Shown here: positions 18,860 to 27,965 of the stretch, one piece after another
Position numbering within the stretch: position 1 is the first letter of the stretch
How the letters are laid out: every line of letters begins with the position of its first letter
From: Candidatus Buchananbacteria bacterium
Lineage (GTDB): Bacteria > Patescibacteriota > Patescibacteriia > Buchananbacterales > UBA6539
Assembly (NCBI GenBank): GCA_013359225.1
Contig: JABWCG010000001.1
Location: forward strand, 134,410 to 198,409
Reading direction: 5' to 3'
Length of the DNA: 64,000 bases
Translations under genes and position numbers: made by a program
The notes under the pieces: model-generated
Seen by the model: the letters and a program-made list of their open reading frames with translations, nothing else
Told to the model about the DNA's origin: nothing
Databases searched by the model: none

Positions 18860-20167
18860 ATGTCAAATTACCTCATCACCGGCCAGCAGCGCCTGCGAGG
18901 CACGCTGGTAACCAATACGTCAAAAAATGCCGCCGTTGTTTTATTGAATGCGGCTCTTTTGAATAAAGGTGTAACAACTTTAATGGGAGTGCCAAAGATT
19001 GAGGAAGTTAACCGGATCATTGAAGTGCTGGAAAGCGTTGGTGTTTCGGTGACCTGGTTTGGTGAAAACAATATTCGTATCAAGCCGCCGAAGAAATTAA
19101 ATTTTTCCAAGCTAAATTATCAGGCAGCGAGTCGCACCCGAAGCATTATTTTTTGGTTAGCGGCGCTGGCGGCTGACTATCAGTCATTCAAAGTTCCACA
19201 GCCCAGCGGCTGTCGAATTGGCAAACGTACGGTCAAACCCCATTTGTTTGCTTTGGAAAATTTTGGAATAAAAGTAAAAACGACATCACGATATTATGAG
19301 GTTTTGGCGCGTAATCTTCGCGCGGCCGGCGACATTGCATTGTACGAATCGGGTGACACGGTGACGGAAAATGTTTTGATGGTCGCCGCCCGTCTTGGGG
19401 GCCGCACCAGGGTGTCGTATGCTTCAGCCAATTATCAGGTTCAGGACCTTTGTTTCTTTTTGCAGAAATTAGGAATAAAAATCAAAGGGATTGGCACCAC
19501 CACTCTGGAAATTTATGGCCAAAAGAACATTAATAAAAATATTACCTATTATCTGACTGAAGACCCAATTGAATCGATGTTATTTTTGGCGATTGCAGTG
19601 ACTACTAATTCAAGCCTGACGATTAAGCGGTGTCCGATTGATTTTTTAACGCTTGAGCTTTTAAAGCTTGAGAAAATGGGCTTTAAATATGAAATTCTGA
19701 GGCGGTATAAAGCCAAAAACGGCCAGGCCAATTTAGTTGATATTAAAACATTTAAGAGTAAGCTGGTGGCGCTTGAAGAAAAAATTTATGCCCGGCCGTA
19801 TCCGGGTTTGAACATGGATAACTTGCCATTTTTTGTACCAATTGCCACGCAAGCGAAAGGCGAGACATTTATTTTTGATTGGGTCTACGAAAATCGCGCT
19901 ATCTACTATACCGAATTAAATAAGCTGGGGGCGAAGGTTAATCTAGTTGATCCACATCGGGTTTATATTACCGGTCCTACGAAACTTACCGCCGCCGAAG
20001 TAATTTGTCCGCCGGCGCTACGGCCTTCAACGATTATTTTGGTTGCCATGCTAGCCGCGAAAGGCTCATCAATTCTACATCACACATATTCCATTGAGCG
20101 CGGGTATCAGGATTTGTGCAGCCGCCTGTCAAAAGTAGGTGCTAAAATAAAAAAGATTGAAGAATAA
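18860..20167 (+). CDS. murA: UDP-N-acetylglucosamine 1-carboxyvinyltransferase
   Basis: It has the EPSP-synthase fold. The active-site Cys sits in PQPSGCRIGKRTVKPH and the N-terminus reads ITGQQRLRGTL. Confidence 0.9.
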   Translation: MSNYLITGQQRLRGTLVTNTSKNAAVVLLNAALLNKGVTTLMGVPKIEEVNRIIEVLESVGVSVTWFGENNIRIKPPKKLNFSKLNYQAASRTRSIIFWLAALAADYQSFKVPQPSGCRIGKRTVKPHLFALENFGIKVKTTSRYYEVLARNLRAAGDIALYESGDTVTENVLMVAARLGGRTRVSYASANYQVQDLCFFLQKLGIKIKGIGTTTLEIYGQKNINKNITYYLTEDPIESMLFLAIAVTTNSSLTIKRCPIDFLTLELLKLEKMGFKYEILRRYKAKNGQANLVDIKTFKSKLVALEEKIYARPYPGLNMDNLPFFVPIATQAKGETFIFDWVYENRAIYYTELNKLGAKVNLVDPHRVYITGPTKLTAAEVICPPALRPSTIILVAMLAAKGSSILHHTYSIERGYQDLCSRLSKVGAKIKKIEE

Positions 20168-20181
20168 TTTAAGATAATCAC

Positions 20182-21471
20182 ATGACGGAAAATCAAAATC
20201 AAAAACCAAAGTTAGTTAAAGGAATTTTGGTTAGTTATGCGGGCTTAATCGCCATATTGCTTGTTTTTATTTTGGGGTTTGCGGTTGGTAAGTCATCGTT
20301 ATTTAAGAATGAGCAAAAAAATATTTCTGGTGGTGAAATCACCAACGCCGAAGAGATTCCTGACTTTTTGAAAGAAGATGTTGACTTTCAGGAATTTTGG
20401 CAAGTGTGGAAATATATCAAAGAAAATTATGTTCAGTCAGATGTTACGGACACCCAGCTATTTTATGGTGCAATGGCTGGTCTAGTTGGTGCCTTAGACG
20501 ATCCGTATTCGGTATTTTTTGATCCGGAGATCTCGGAGAAATTTGAAGAAGAGCTTTCGGGTAGTTTTGAGGGTATTGGCGCTGAAATCGGCATCAAAGA
20601 GGGCCAGCTTACCGTGATTGCGCCGTTAGAGGGTACACCTGCTAAACAAGCCGGTTTGAGCGCTGGTGACGCGATTTTGGCTATTGACGGCTATGACACT
20701 GCCGGGATTGCCTTAGATTACGCAGTGAGCAAAATTCGGGGAGATAAAGGCAGCGAGGTGGTATTGTCTATCTATCGAACCGGCGATTCAGAACCGCACG
20801 ATGTTACCATTGTTCGGGATACTATTGAAATTGACAGCGTTAAACTTTCCCGCAAGAGTGCTGACGGCAAACCGGAAGAAGGTTTTGAACTTAAGGATGG
20901 GGATATTGCATATATTGAGTTAAGCTATTTTAACGAAAATACCCTGGCTGATTGGAATAAGACGATCCAGGAAGCGTTAGCGGCGAATCCAAAAGGTATT
21001 GTCTTGGATTTACGTAATAACCCGGGTGGTTTTTTGCAGACGGCAATTGAAATTGCCGGTGAATGGGTGAATGGTAAAGAAGTGGTTTACGAGCGTTTAC
21101 GCGATGGAGTGAAAATTGCTCATAATGCAAACCGCCAAGCACGGTTGAATGATTTTCCGACGGTTGTTCTGGTTAACCGAGGCAGTGCTTCTGGGTCGGA
21201 AATCGTGGCCGGTGCATTGCAGGATTACGATGAGGCGACCATTATTGGTGAAACCACTTTTGGGAAGGGTTCAGTCCAGGATTTAAAGAAATTTAAAGAT
21301 GGTTCAGCAGTTAAGTTGACTATTGCTGAATGGTTGACGCCGCTGGAGCGCAATATCAATAAGGAAGGTATTAAACCAGATATCGAAGTTGTAATGACCC
21401 GCGAGGATTACGAAAATAACCGCGATCCGCAACTTGATCGAGCTTTGGAATTTCTCCGCAACGGTCAGTAA
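20182..21471 (+). CDS. ctpA: Carboxy-terminal processing peptidase (S41, CtpA) with a PDZ domain
   Basis: It has an N-terminal TM. PGGFLQ and TFGKGSVQ are S41 signatures, and GDAILAIDG marks the PDZ domain. Confidence 0.85.
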   Translation: MTENQNQKPKLVKGILVSYAGLIAILLVFILGFAVGKSSLFKNEQKNISGGEITNAEEIPDFLKEDVDFQEFWQVWKYIKENYVQSDVTDTQLFYGAMAGLVGALDDPYSVFFDPEISEKFEEELSGSFEGIGAEIGIKEGQLTVIAPLEGTPAKQAGLSAGDAILAIDGYDTAGIALDYAVSKIRGDKGSEVVLSIYRTGDSEPHDVTIVRDTIEIDSVKLSRKSADGKPEEGFELKDGDIAYIELSYFNENTLADWNKTIQEALAANPKGIVLDLRNNPGGFLQTAIEIAGEWVNGKEVVYERLRDGVKIAHNANRQARLNDFPTVVLVNRGSASGSEIVAGALQDYDEATIIGETTFGKGSVQDLKKFKDGSAVKLTIAEWLTPLERNINKEGIKPDIEVVMTREDYENNRDPQLDRALEFLRNGQ

Positions 21472-21488
21472 GGATTTAACACACATTT

Positions 21489-21764
21489 ATGATCAGCCGC
21501 CTGGTATTAAAAATTCAGGGGCAGGTGCAAGGAGTCGGTTTTCGTTTTGCTTCACAGCAGGAGGCTCGAAGTCGAGGGCTACGGGGGCATGTTAAGAATC
21601 GTAAAGATGGTTCGGTTGAAATTGTTGCCGAGGGCCCAGCCGAGGACTTGAAAAAATTTGTGGACTGGTGTTATAATGGTGTTGGACCAGCAATGGTTCA
21701 AAAGATTGAACAAACCTGGTCGGAACCGACTAGTGAATTTTCTGATTTTGTAATAAAATTTTAG
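21489..21764 (+). CDS. acyP: Acylphosphatase
   Basis: It is 91 aa. VQGVGFR and GHVKNRKDGSVEIVAEG are acylphosphatase signatures. Confidence 0.8.
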   Translation: MISRLVLKIQGQVQGVGFRFASQQEARSRGLRGHVKNRKDGSVEIVAEGPAEDLKKFVDWCYNGVGPAMVQKIEQTWSEPTSEFSDFVIKF

Positions 21765-21770
21765 ACTTTT

Positions 21771-22223
21771 ATGAAAAAAACCCTGAAAGTAATTTTGTTA
21801 AAGAATGTCGCTAATTTAGGCAAAGCTGGAGATCTTAAAGATGTTTCTTTGGGATATGCCAGGAATTTTTTGTTGGCTAATAATCTGGCTGAGGAAGCAA
21901 CGGCCAAGGCAATTGCCGAGCTTGATGTTAGGCGTGCTAAGATGGCTAAAGAGGCCGAACTGGAGCTGGGCCGGGCTGAAGAGCTGGCGAGAAAACTTGA
22001 GGGGCAAACAGTTGAGATTACCGCCAAGGCTAGTGATGAAGGAACATTATACGCTGCGATTTCATCTGCGAAGATTGCCAGCGCCTTGAAATCAAAGGGG
22101 TTTGATGTTGCTAAAGACCAAATTTCAGCCAGTCATATTAAAGAACTTGGAGAGCATGAGATTGTGATTAACTTAGACCACGGTTTAGAGGCAAGAATTA
22201 CTTTAATTATTAATTCGGAATAA
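21771..22223 (+). CDS. rplI: 50S ribosomal protein L9
   Basis: The L9 N-domain reads KVILLKNVANLGKAGDLKDVSLGYARNFL. It is followed by a long helix and a C-terminal domain. Confidence 0.9.
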   Translation: MKKTLKVILLKNVANLGKAGDLKDVSLGYARNFLLANNLAEEATAKAIAELDVRRAKMAKEAELELGRAEELARKLEGQTVEITAKASDEGTLYAAISSAKIASALKSKGFDVAKDQISASHIKELGEHEIVINLDHGLEARITLIINSE

Positions 22224-22267
22224 CAGTGACTTTTAGTTTTGGTAAAATCAAAGCAGATATCAATTAA

Positions 22268-22292
22268 GACCCACCGTCGCCGGTGGGTTTGT
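22268..22292 (+). terminator. Putative terminator after rplI
   Basis: The stem is ACCCACCG-TCGC-CGGTGGGT followed by TTTGT. The T-run is short. Confidence 0.4.
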
Positions 22293-22330
22293 CGCTATAA
22301 AAATATTAACTATCAAATTAATTTAAACAT

Positions 22331-23965
22331 ATGTCAAAATTTATTTTTGTGATGGGGGGAGTAATGTCCGGGGTTGGCAAAGGGGTAACCGCCGCTTCAA
22401 TCGGAAAAATTCTTCAGTCCCGGGGATACCGGGTTACCGCGATTAAGATTGATCCATATATTAATGTTGATGCCGGCACAATGAACCCGACCGAACACGG
22501 TGAAGTGTTTGTTACCGATGATGGCGACGAAACCGATCAGGATATCGGCAATTATGAACGATTTTTAAACACGGATATTTTGCGTGTTAATTATATGACT
22601 ACCGGCCGGGTGTATCAGTCTGTGATCAACCGCGAACGCAACTTGGAGTATGGTGGTAAGTGTGTTGAAGTGGTGCCGCATATCCCTGAAGAGGTGATTA
22701 GCCGGATTAAGAAGGCGGCCGTTAAATCAAGGGCCGATATTACAATTATTGAAGTTGGCGGAACGGTTGGTGAGTATCAAAATGTTTTATTTCTTGAGGC
22801 CGGCAGAATGATGCATTACCGAAATCATGAAGATGTTTTGTTTATTTTAGTAAGCTATTTACCGGTGCCCGGTACCCTTGGTGAAATGAAGACTAAGCCA
22901 ACCCAATATGCGGTACAGCAAGTTAATGCGGCCGGGATCCAACCGGACTTTATTATTGCTCGATCAATCTTGCCGATTGATGAGCCGCGGAAACAAAAGA
23001 TCTCAACTTTTTGCAACGTCAGTAAACACGACGTTATTTCTAATCCTGACGTAGAATCAATTTATGAAATTCCTTTGATTTTGGAGCGAGAAAATTTGAG
23101 TGAGAAAATTTTGAAAAAATTAAAGCTTAAGCCGAAAAAGAAGAATTTGTCTGATTGGCAGAAAATGGTTCGCTCAATTAAGAATGCCAAAAAGAAGGTA
23201 AAAATTGGTATTGTTGGTAAATATTTTGCCACCGGCGATTTCGTGTTGCCGGACTCATATATCTCAGTTATTGAGGCGGTAAAACACGCCGGTTTAGCCA
23301 ATGGTGTCAAACCGGAGATTCATTGGATCAACTCGGATGTGTATGAGAAAAACCCCAGCCTCGTTAAGGAATTAAAAGATTATGATGGAGTGATTGTTCC
23401 GGGCGGTTTTGGCAGTAGAGGCATTGAGGGCAAGATTCAGGCAATTAAGTATGTCAGAGAAAACGGCATTCCTTATTTAGGATTGTGCTATGGCATGCAG
23501 CTTGCAACCATCGAATTTGCCCGTAACGTCGCAAAATTGACTGATGCTGCCAGTACGGAATTCAAACCAAATACCAAACATCCGGTAATTCATATCATGC
23601 CTGACCAAGCCGAAAAAATGGCCAAGAAACAGTATGGTAATACCATGAGACTAGGAGCATATCCGGCTGTGCTGGATAAGAATTCCAAAAGTATTGGGCT
23701 ATATGGCACTAAAAAAATCAGCGAGCGTCATCGGCACCGCTATGAATTTAATAATGATTACCGCGACCGATTGACTAAAAAAGGGTTATTATTGGCGGGG
23801 TTATCACCAGACAAACATCTGGTTGAAATAATTGAAATTCCGTCTCATCCTTTCTTTGTGGGTACGCAGTTTCATCCAGAACTTAAATCTCGGCCATTAA
23901 ATCCGCATCCTTTGTTCAAGGGGTTAGTGGCTGCGGCAAAAAAGCGTTCGGTCGCTAAGAAATAA
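22331..23965 (+). CDS. pyrG: CTP synthase
   Basis: Has the N-terminus FVMGGVMSGVGKG and the GATase domain GLCYGMQ. Confidence 0.95.
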   Translation: MSKFIFVMGGVMSGVGKGVTAASIGKILQSRGYRVTAIKIDPYINVDAGTMNPTEHGEVFVTDDGDETDQDIGNYERFLNTDILRVNYMTTGRVYQSVINRERNLEYGGKCVEVVPHIPEEVISRIKKAAVKSRADITIIEVGGTVGEYQNVLFLEAGRMMHYRNHEDVLFILVSYLPVPGTLGEMKTKPTQYAVQQVNAAGIQPDFIIARSILPIDEPRKQKISTFCNVSKHDVISNPDVESIYEIPLILERENLSEKILKKLKLKPKKKNLSDWQKMVRSIKNAKKKVKIGIVGKYFATGDFVLPDSYISVIEAVKHAGLANGVKPEIHWINSDVYEKNPSLVKELKDYDGVIVPGGFGSRGIEGKIQAIKYVRENGIPYLGLCYGMQLATIEFARNVAKLTDAASTEFKPNTKHPVIHIMPDQAEKMAKKQYGNTMRLGAYPAVLDKNSKSIGLYGTKKISERHRHRYEFNNDYRDRLTKKGLLLAGLSPDKHLVEIIEIPSHPFFVGTQFHPELKSRPLNPHPLFKGLVAAAKKRSVAKK

Positions 23966-23973
23966 AGACTAAT

Positions 23974-24009
23974 AAAAAATCCTGCCACTTGTAAGCGGCA
24001 GGATTTTTT
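23974..24009. terminator. Bidirectional rho-independent terminator between pyrG (+) and rpmA (-)
   Basis: AAAAAATCCTGCC-acttgtaagc-GGCAGGATTTTTT is a perfect stem flanked by an A-run and a T-run. Confidence 0.8.
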
Positions 24010-24015
24010 GAGTAA

Positions 24016-24306
24016 TTATTTTTCGGAATTTTTCGGCAAGATGTTTACAAATTTTGCCCATTCAATATTTCCGGTAAATTTTTTGATCTTTTTGCGGCTG
24101 AATTTCACTACGCCTGGAATGAGGGCGTACAGCGTATCATCATTGCCACGCTTGACATTTTTTCCGGCTCGGAATTTACTGCCGCGTTGGCGGACTAAGA
24201 TGCTTCCTGCGGGGGCAAATTCGCCCTCGTAAAGCTTAATGCCAAGTCGTTTGGATTGGGAGTCTCGTCCAAGATGTGTGGATCCACCGGCTTTCTTATG
24301 TGCCAT
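24016..24306 (-). CDS. rpmA: 50S ribosomal protein L27
   Basis: The N-terminus [29 protein letters not shown] is the L27 signature. It carries no N-terminal propeptide. Confidence 0.9.
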   Translation of the reverse strand: MAHKKAGGSTHLGRDSQSKRLGIKLYEGEFAPAGSILVRQRGSKFRAGKNVKRGNDDTLYALIPGVVKFSRKKIKKFTGNIEWAKFVNILPKNSEK

Positions 24307-24364
24307 AGGGGTAAATAATTAGTTTACTAACTTAACATAAATAATATAAAGGATAATTGTTGGA

Positions 24365-24393
24365 TTGTCAAGCAACCTGCTTTAGGATATACT
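24365..24393 (+). promoter_or_regulatory. Near-consensus sigma-70 promoter. The ATG lies 9 nt after the -10, so the transcript would be essentially leaderless
   Basis: TTGTCA-17 nt-TATACT, with the ATG at 24402. Confidence 0.5.
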
Positions 24394-24401
24394 GGGAAAG
24401 T

Positions 24402-25256
24402 ATGAAAATTAGCTATTTTTTGATAATAACCCTGTTAGTTGGAATTTTGAGTGGCTGTGCGCCTCGCATTGAGTCTAATTTTAATGCTGTAGCAAACGGC
24501 GAGCCTGATCAAATACCGGTTGCCGCTGACAGCAAAACGGCGACAACTTCCAACCAGCAAGACGTTGAAATTACCGAATCAGAGGTGCCCCTAAAGCCTG
24601 TTAAAGAAGAAGCGCTTGTTCCAAAGCCAACTGAGATGCCGGAAGCCGGGCCGGAAGCTGTTATACCTCAAAAATTAGATTCGGAAATGGTTTTTGTTTC
24701 CCAGGCTCCTTATGCAGTGTGGGATCAGTTGCACGAGGAAGCATGTGAAGAAGCGTCGATGATTATGGTAAAAAAGTATTTTTCTAAAGAGAGTCTGAGC
24801 GCTCACATAATGGAACAAGAAATTCTTGATTTAGTTGAGTGGGAGCAGACGCAGGGGTACCAAATTGATTTGACTGCTCAGGAAACGGCGACTATTTTAC
24901 GCGACTATTTTACGCTTTCGGCCGAAGTAATAACTGACGTAAATGTTGAGCGGATTAAACAGGAATTAGTGGCAGGAAAGTTGATTATTGTTCCCGCCGC
25001 CGGCCGGGAACTTGGCAATCCGTATTTTCAAACGCCGGGGCCGATTTATCACATGCTAATCATTAAAGGGTTTGACGATAACACGCAGGAGTTTATTACT
25101 AATGATCCTGGAACAAGGCGTGGTAAAGATTTTCGGTATAGTTACCAGCGCCTGCTTAGTGCGATTCATGATTGGGATCATGAATTAGCAAAAGGAGGAA
25201 TGACTGATGAAGAAATCAGTCAGGGACGCAAAGTGATAATTTTAGTTAGTAATTAA
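24402..25256 (+). CDS. Lipoprotein with a C-terminal papain-like (peptidase C39-like) domain
   Basis: It starts at MKISYFLIITLLVGILSGC, which carries the lipobox LSGC. Possible catalytic residues are the Cys in EEACEEASM and the His in YHMLIIKGFDD. The ORF-track start at 24357 lies upstream of the promoter, so I reject it. Confidence 0.5.
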   Translation: MKISYFLIITLLVGILSGCAPRIESNFNAVANGEPDQIPVAADSKTATTSNQQDVEITESEVPLKPVKEEALVPKPTEMPEAGPEAVIPQKLDSEMVFVSQAPYAVWDQLHEEACEEASMIMVKKYFSKESLSAHIMEQEILDLVEWEQTQGYQIDLTAQETATILRDYFTLSAEVITDVNVERIKQELVAGKLIIVPAAGRELGNPYFQTPGPIYHMLIIKGFDDNTQEFITNDPGTRRGKDFRYSYQRLLSAIHDWDHELAKGGMTDEEISQGRKVIILVSN

Positions 25257-25259
25257 TCT

Positions 25260-26408
25260 ATGACTATTCATAAGACAAGAATATATTTTGATCACGCCGC
25301 CACTACTCCAATTGACAAGGAGGTTTTAGAAAGCATGATGCCTTTTCTGACTTCAGAATTTGGCAATGCTTCGTCGGTCCATTGGTTCGGCCAGACGGCC
25401 GCAGTAGCTGTTGAAAAAGCCAGACGGCAGGCCGCTGATGCCCTGAATTGCCGGGCGAATGAAATCTACTTTACATCTGGTGCAACAGAGAGCAATAACA
25501 CTGTTATAAAGGGTTTGGCTCAGCCCGGGCAGCATATTATCGTTTCGCAGATTGAGCACCCCTCAATTTTAGAACCGGCAAAAATAATGGAACGGTGGGG
25601 AATTGAAGTAACGTATTTACCGCCTGACAGTAATGGTTTAGTTTCGGTTGAGGCTGTGTCACGGGCGGTTAAAGATAGTACTGTTTTGGTTTCAGTTATG
25701 TACGTTAATAACGAGATTGGTACCGTCCAGCCGATTGCTGAAATTGGTCGGCTAATTAGAGAGCTTAACCAATCTCGTAAGCAAAGAATATTTTTTCATA
25801 CAGATGCTGTACAAGCCGCTAATTATTGTGAGCTGGATGTTGAGGCATTGGGAGTGGATTTACTATCATTATCCGGCCATAAAGTGTATGGGCCAAAGGG
25901 TATTGGTTTGTTATACCGTAAGGCCGAAGTGCCGCTGCAGTCGCTACTCTCCGGCGGCGGTCAGGAATATGGTTTCCGGTCAGGAACTTTAAATGTTCCG
26001 GCCATTGTTGGTTTTGGCAGGGCGTTGGAGCTAGCTTCAAAGAATCGGATATCTGACACGAAAAAAATTTTAGAACTACGTGATTATCTTATTAATTTGA
26101 TTTTAAAAAAAGTCCCTCAAGCGCGATTGAATGGTGATAGTGAACATCGGGTTGCTAATAACGCCAATGTTCTTTTCCCTGAGTCTGAAGGGGAAACGGT
26201 TTTAATGCTGCTTGATCAGGCTGGATTTGCTGTCTCAAGCGGTTCGGCCTGTTCTTCTGGATCGCTGGACCCGTCTCATGTTTTGCTGGCATTGGGTCTT
26301 GACGCGACGGCTGCCAAGGCTAGCGTTCGTTTTAGTCTTGGTCGCGGCAATAATAAAAAACAGATTGACAACCTGATTTTAGCACTACTTGAGGCTTTGC
26401 AAAAATAA
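25260..26408 (+). CDS. iscS: Cysteine desulfurase (NifS/IscS family, class V aminotransferase)
   Basis: The PLP-Lys sits in SLSGHKVYGPKGIGLLY. The N-terminus reads YFDHAATTP and the active-site Cys loop is SSGSACSSGS. Confidence 0.9.
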   Translation: MTIHKTRIYFDHAATTPIDKEVLESMMPFLTSEFGNASSVHWFGQTAAVAVEKARRQAADALNCRANEIYFTSGATESNNTVIKGLAQPGQHIIVSQIEHPSILEPAKIMERWGIEVTYLPPDSNGLVSVEAVSRAVKDSTVLVSVMYVNNEIGTVQPIAEIGRLIRELNQSRKQRIFFHTDAVQAANYCELDVEALGVDLLSLSGHKVYGPKGIGLLYRKAEVPLQSLLSGGGQEYGFRSGTLNVPAIVGFGRALELASKNRISDTKKILELRDYLINLILKKVPQARLNGDSEHRVANNANVLFPESEGETVLMLLDQAGFAVSSGSACSSGSLDPSHVLLALGLDATAAKASVRFSLGRGNNKKQIDNLILALLEALQK

Positions 26409-26415
26409 ACGATAT

Positions 26416-26451
26416 AAAAAAATCAGCCGGTAAATGTCGGCTGATTTTTTT
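26416..26451. terminator. Bidirectional rho-independent terminator between iscS (+) and the pilus cluster (-)
   Basis: AAAAAAATCAGCCG-gtaaatgt-CGGCTGATTTTTTT. Confidence 0.8.
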
Positions 26452-26456
26452 ATATC

Positions 26457-26849
26457 CTATGGGGTGGTTGTCGCAGTGTTGGTTGAAGTCTGATTTGGTA
26501 ATTCTGCTTGGTTCGTTATAGTATTCTCTTGGTTGATTTCTGGGTTAACTTTATTTTCATTGAATGGATCAGTTATTACATCAAAATTAATATCATCGGT
26601 GGTTGATGATTTTTTATTTAGCCGATTTAAAACGGTTTCAACTTTGTTGATGTCAATAATGTCAGGAGCAACTTCTTTTTTAAGTAAGATTATTTCTTCC
26701 GATTGGGCGATAGTTTGGTAGAAATTTCTATATAAAAAACTGCCTAAGAGTGCTAGCGCCGTTAACAAGAGAACAAAAATCAGGATGTAAAAATATCGCA
26801 GGGAAAACAAGGCCTTTGACGCTTTAATTTTCGGTAATTTTATTTTCAT
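26457..26849 (-). CDS. Membrane-anchored low-complexity protein, last gene of the pilus cluster
   Basis: It has an N-terminal TM and a Thr/Asn-rich tail. It may be a PilP-like component. Confidence 0.35.
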   Translation of the reverse strand: MKIKLPKIKASKALFSLRYFYILIFVLLLTALALLGSFLYRNFYQTIAQSEEIILLKKEVAPDIIDINKVETVLNRLNKKSSTTDDINFDVITDPFNENKVNPEINQENTITNQAELPNQTSTNTATTTP

Positions 26850-27415
26850 AGGTTAGTAGTAATTTTTGCTTCCTCGGGCTCTGGCATAACATATATCTTT
26901 CCGACAATCAAAGAACTGACAACCGGATTAAGTGATTGGTCTTGAGCTGAACCCAGGGCAATGGAGCTAATACTGTAATAGTAGTTTAGTTTTTCTAGTT
27001 CATTTAAATATTTTAGAGTGTCGACGAATGTTCCTTTGACGACAATTTCAAGTGGTACGGCATGGTATGTTCCTGAGCCCTGATCTTGTTTGGTTCCTAA
27101 TTTCAATGTTTGTTCCAGTTTATATTGGCTTGATATTGATTCAAGGGCGGTGATAAACTCTAATTCTTTTCCTTCCTTGATAAAAATGTTAGCCAGTTTA
27201 TTTTTCTCAGGCTTAATTTTTTCAAAGTCCTCCATAGTTTTTTTCAACAGCTGTCCTTTGAGATATTTTTTTTCCAAATCTAACCTTTCTAAATAAACAT
27301 CATTACTTATTTTTTTAATGTCATTAATCGTCGGTAAGATGATAAAATAGGATATCATTCCTGACAGCAACAACACCGCTAATACGGCAATTATAATTTT
27401 TTGTTTAGTCTGCAT
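26846..27415 (-). CDS. pilO: Type IV pilus assembly protein PilO-like
   Basis: It has a single N-terminal TM plus a coiled coil plus a periplasmic domain, and sits downstream of pilM-pilN. Confidence 0.5.
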   Translation of the reverse strand: MQTKQKIIIAVLAVLLLSGMISYFIILPTINDIKKISNDVYLERLDLEKKYLKGQLLKKTMEDFEKIKPEKNKLANIFIKEGKELEFITALESISSQYKLEQTLKLGTKQDQGSGTYHAVPLEIVVKGTFVDTLKYLNELEKLNYYYSISSIALGSAQDQSLNPVVSSLIVGKIYVMPEPEEAKITTNL

Positions 27416-27965
27416 ATTTTTTTATTTCGTCAATATTGATATCGGCTTTGACGCTGATATCAATGTCTTCTCGCCGCAGCAGGTTGTCAATTGGTACTTC
27501 AATGTTGAAAAACAGGGGAGAGGATTCCAAATTTTTTTGGAAGCTAAGAAGCTCGTCTCGGGTTGATGCAATGCCGGTTAGAAGAATCCGATTTTCTTTA
27601 ATGGTTATGCTGTCCAAGCCAATACCGGTCGGCACTAATTTTGAAAAATCAATAAAAAATTTTGACCACAGCAAGTATTCGGATTGGATACTGGCAACAG
27701 CGTTTAGTTGAGTGTTGAAATTTTTGACATCTTGGCTTAAGGTGTTGGCATATTTAGTGGTTAGGGTTGTTTGCTCCACAATCCGGTTGAAGTGATTTTG
27801 AAGTACTACTTTTGCCGACAGCAATGCAATGGCTGACAGTATATTAATCAATAAAATGGCAATAACAAAATTTTTAATCATGATATAAAATTGAGTCAGG
27901 CGTAACTCATTTTTCTTCGATGGCGGAATCAGGTTGAGGTTAATCATATAGGGTTTTTTTATCAA
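27405..27965 (-). CDS. pilN: Type IV pilus assembly protein PilN-like
   Basis: It has a short cytoplasmic N-terminus, a TM, a coiled coil and a periplasmic domain. It follows pilM with an overlap. Confidence 0.55.
   Translation of the reverse strand: MIKKPYMINLNLIPPSKKNELRLTQFYIMIKNFVIAILLINILSAIALLSAKVVLQNHFNRIVEQTTLTTKYANTLSQDVKNFNTQLNAVASIQSEYLLWSKFFIDFSKLVPTGIGLDSITIKENRILLTGIASTRDELLSFQKNLESSPLFFNIEVPIDNLLRREDIDISVKADINIDEIKKYAD

Noticed and set aside
22224-22330. tRNA or small RNA genes in the longer intergenic regions (22224-22330, 34508-34609, 52704-52965, 59800-60080)
   Set aside because: I found no cloverleaf-compatible sequence, meaning no GTTC-type T-arm with a matching acceptor stem. 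The regions are better explained as terminators, promoters, the L10 leader and the MraZ operator.
24357-24401. Upstream extension of the lipoprotein ORF (MLDCQATCFRIYWES...)
   Set aside because: The near-consensus promoter (-10 at 24388-24393) lies inside this extension. The lipoprotein signal peptide starts at the internal Met at 24402.
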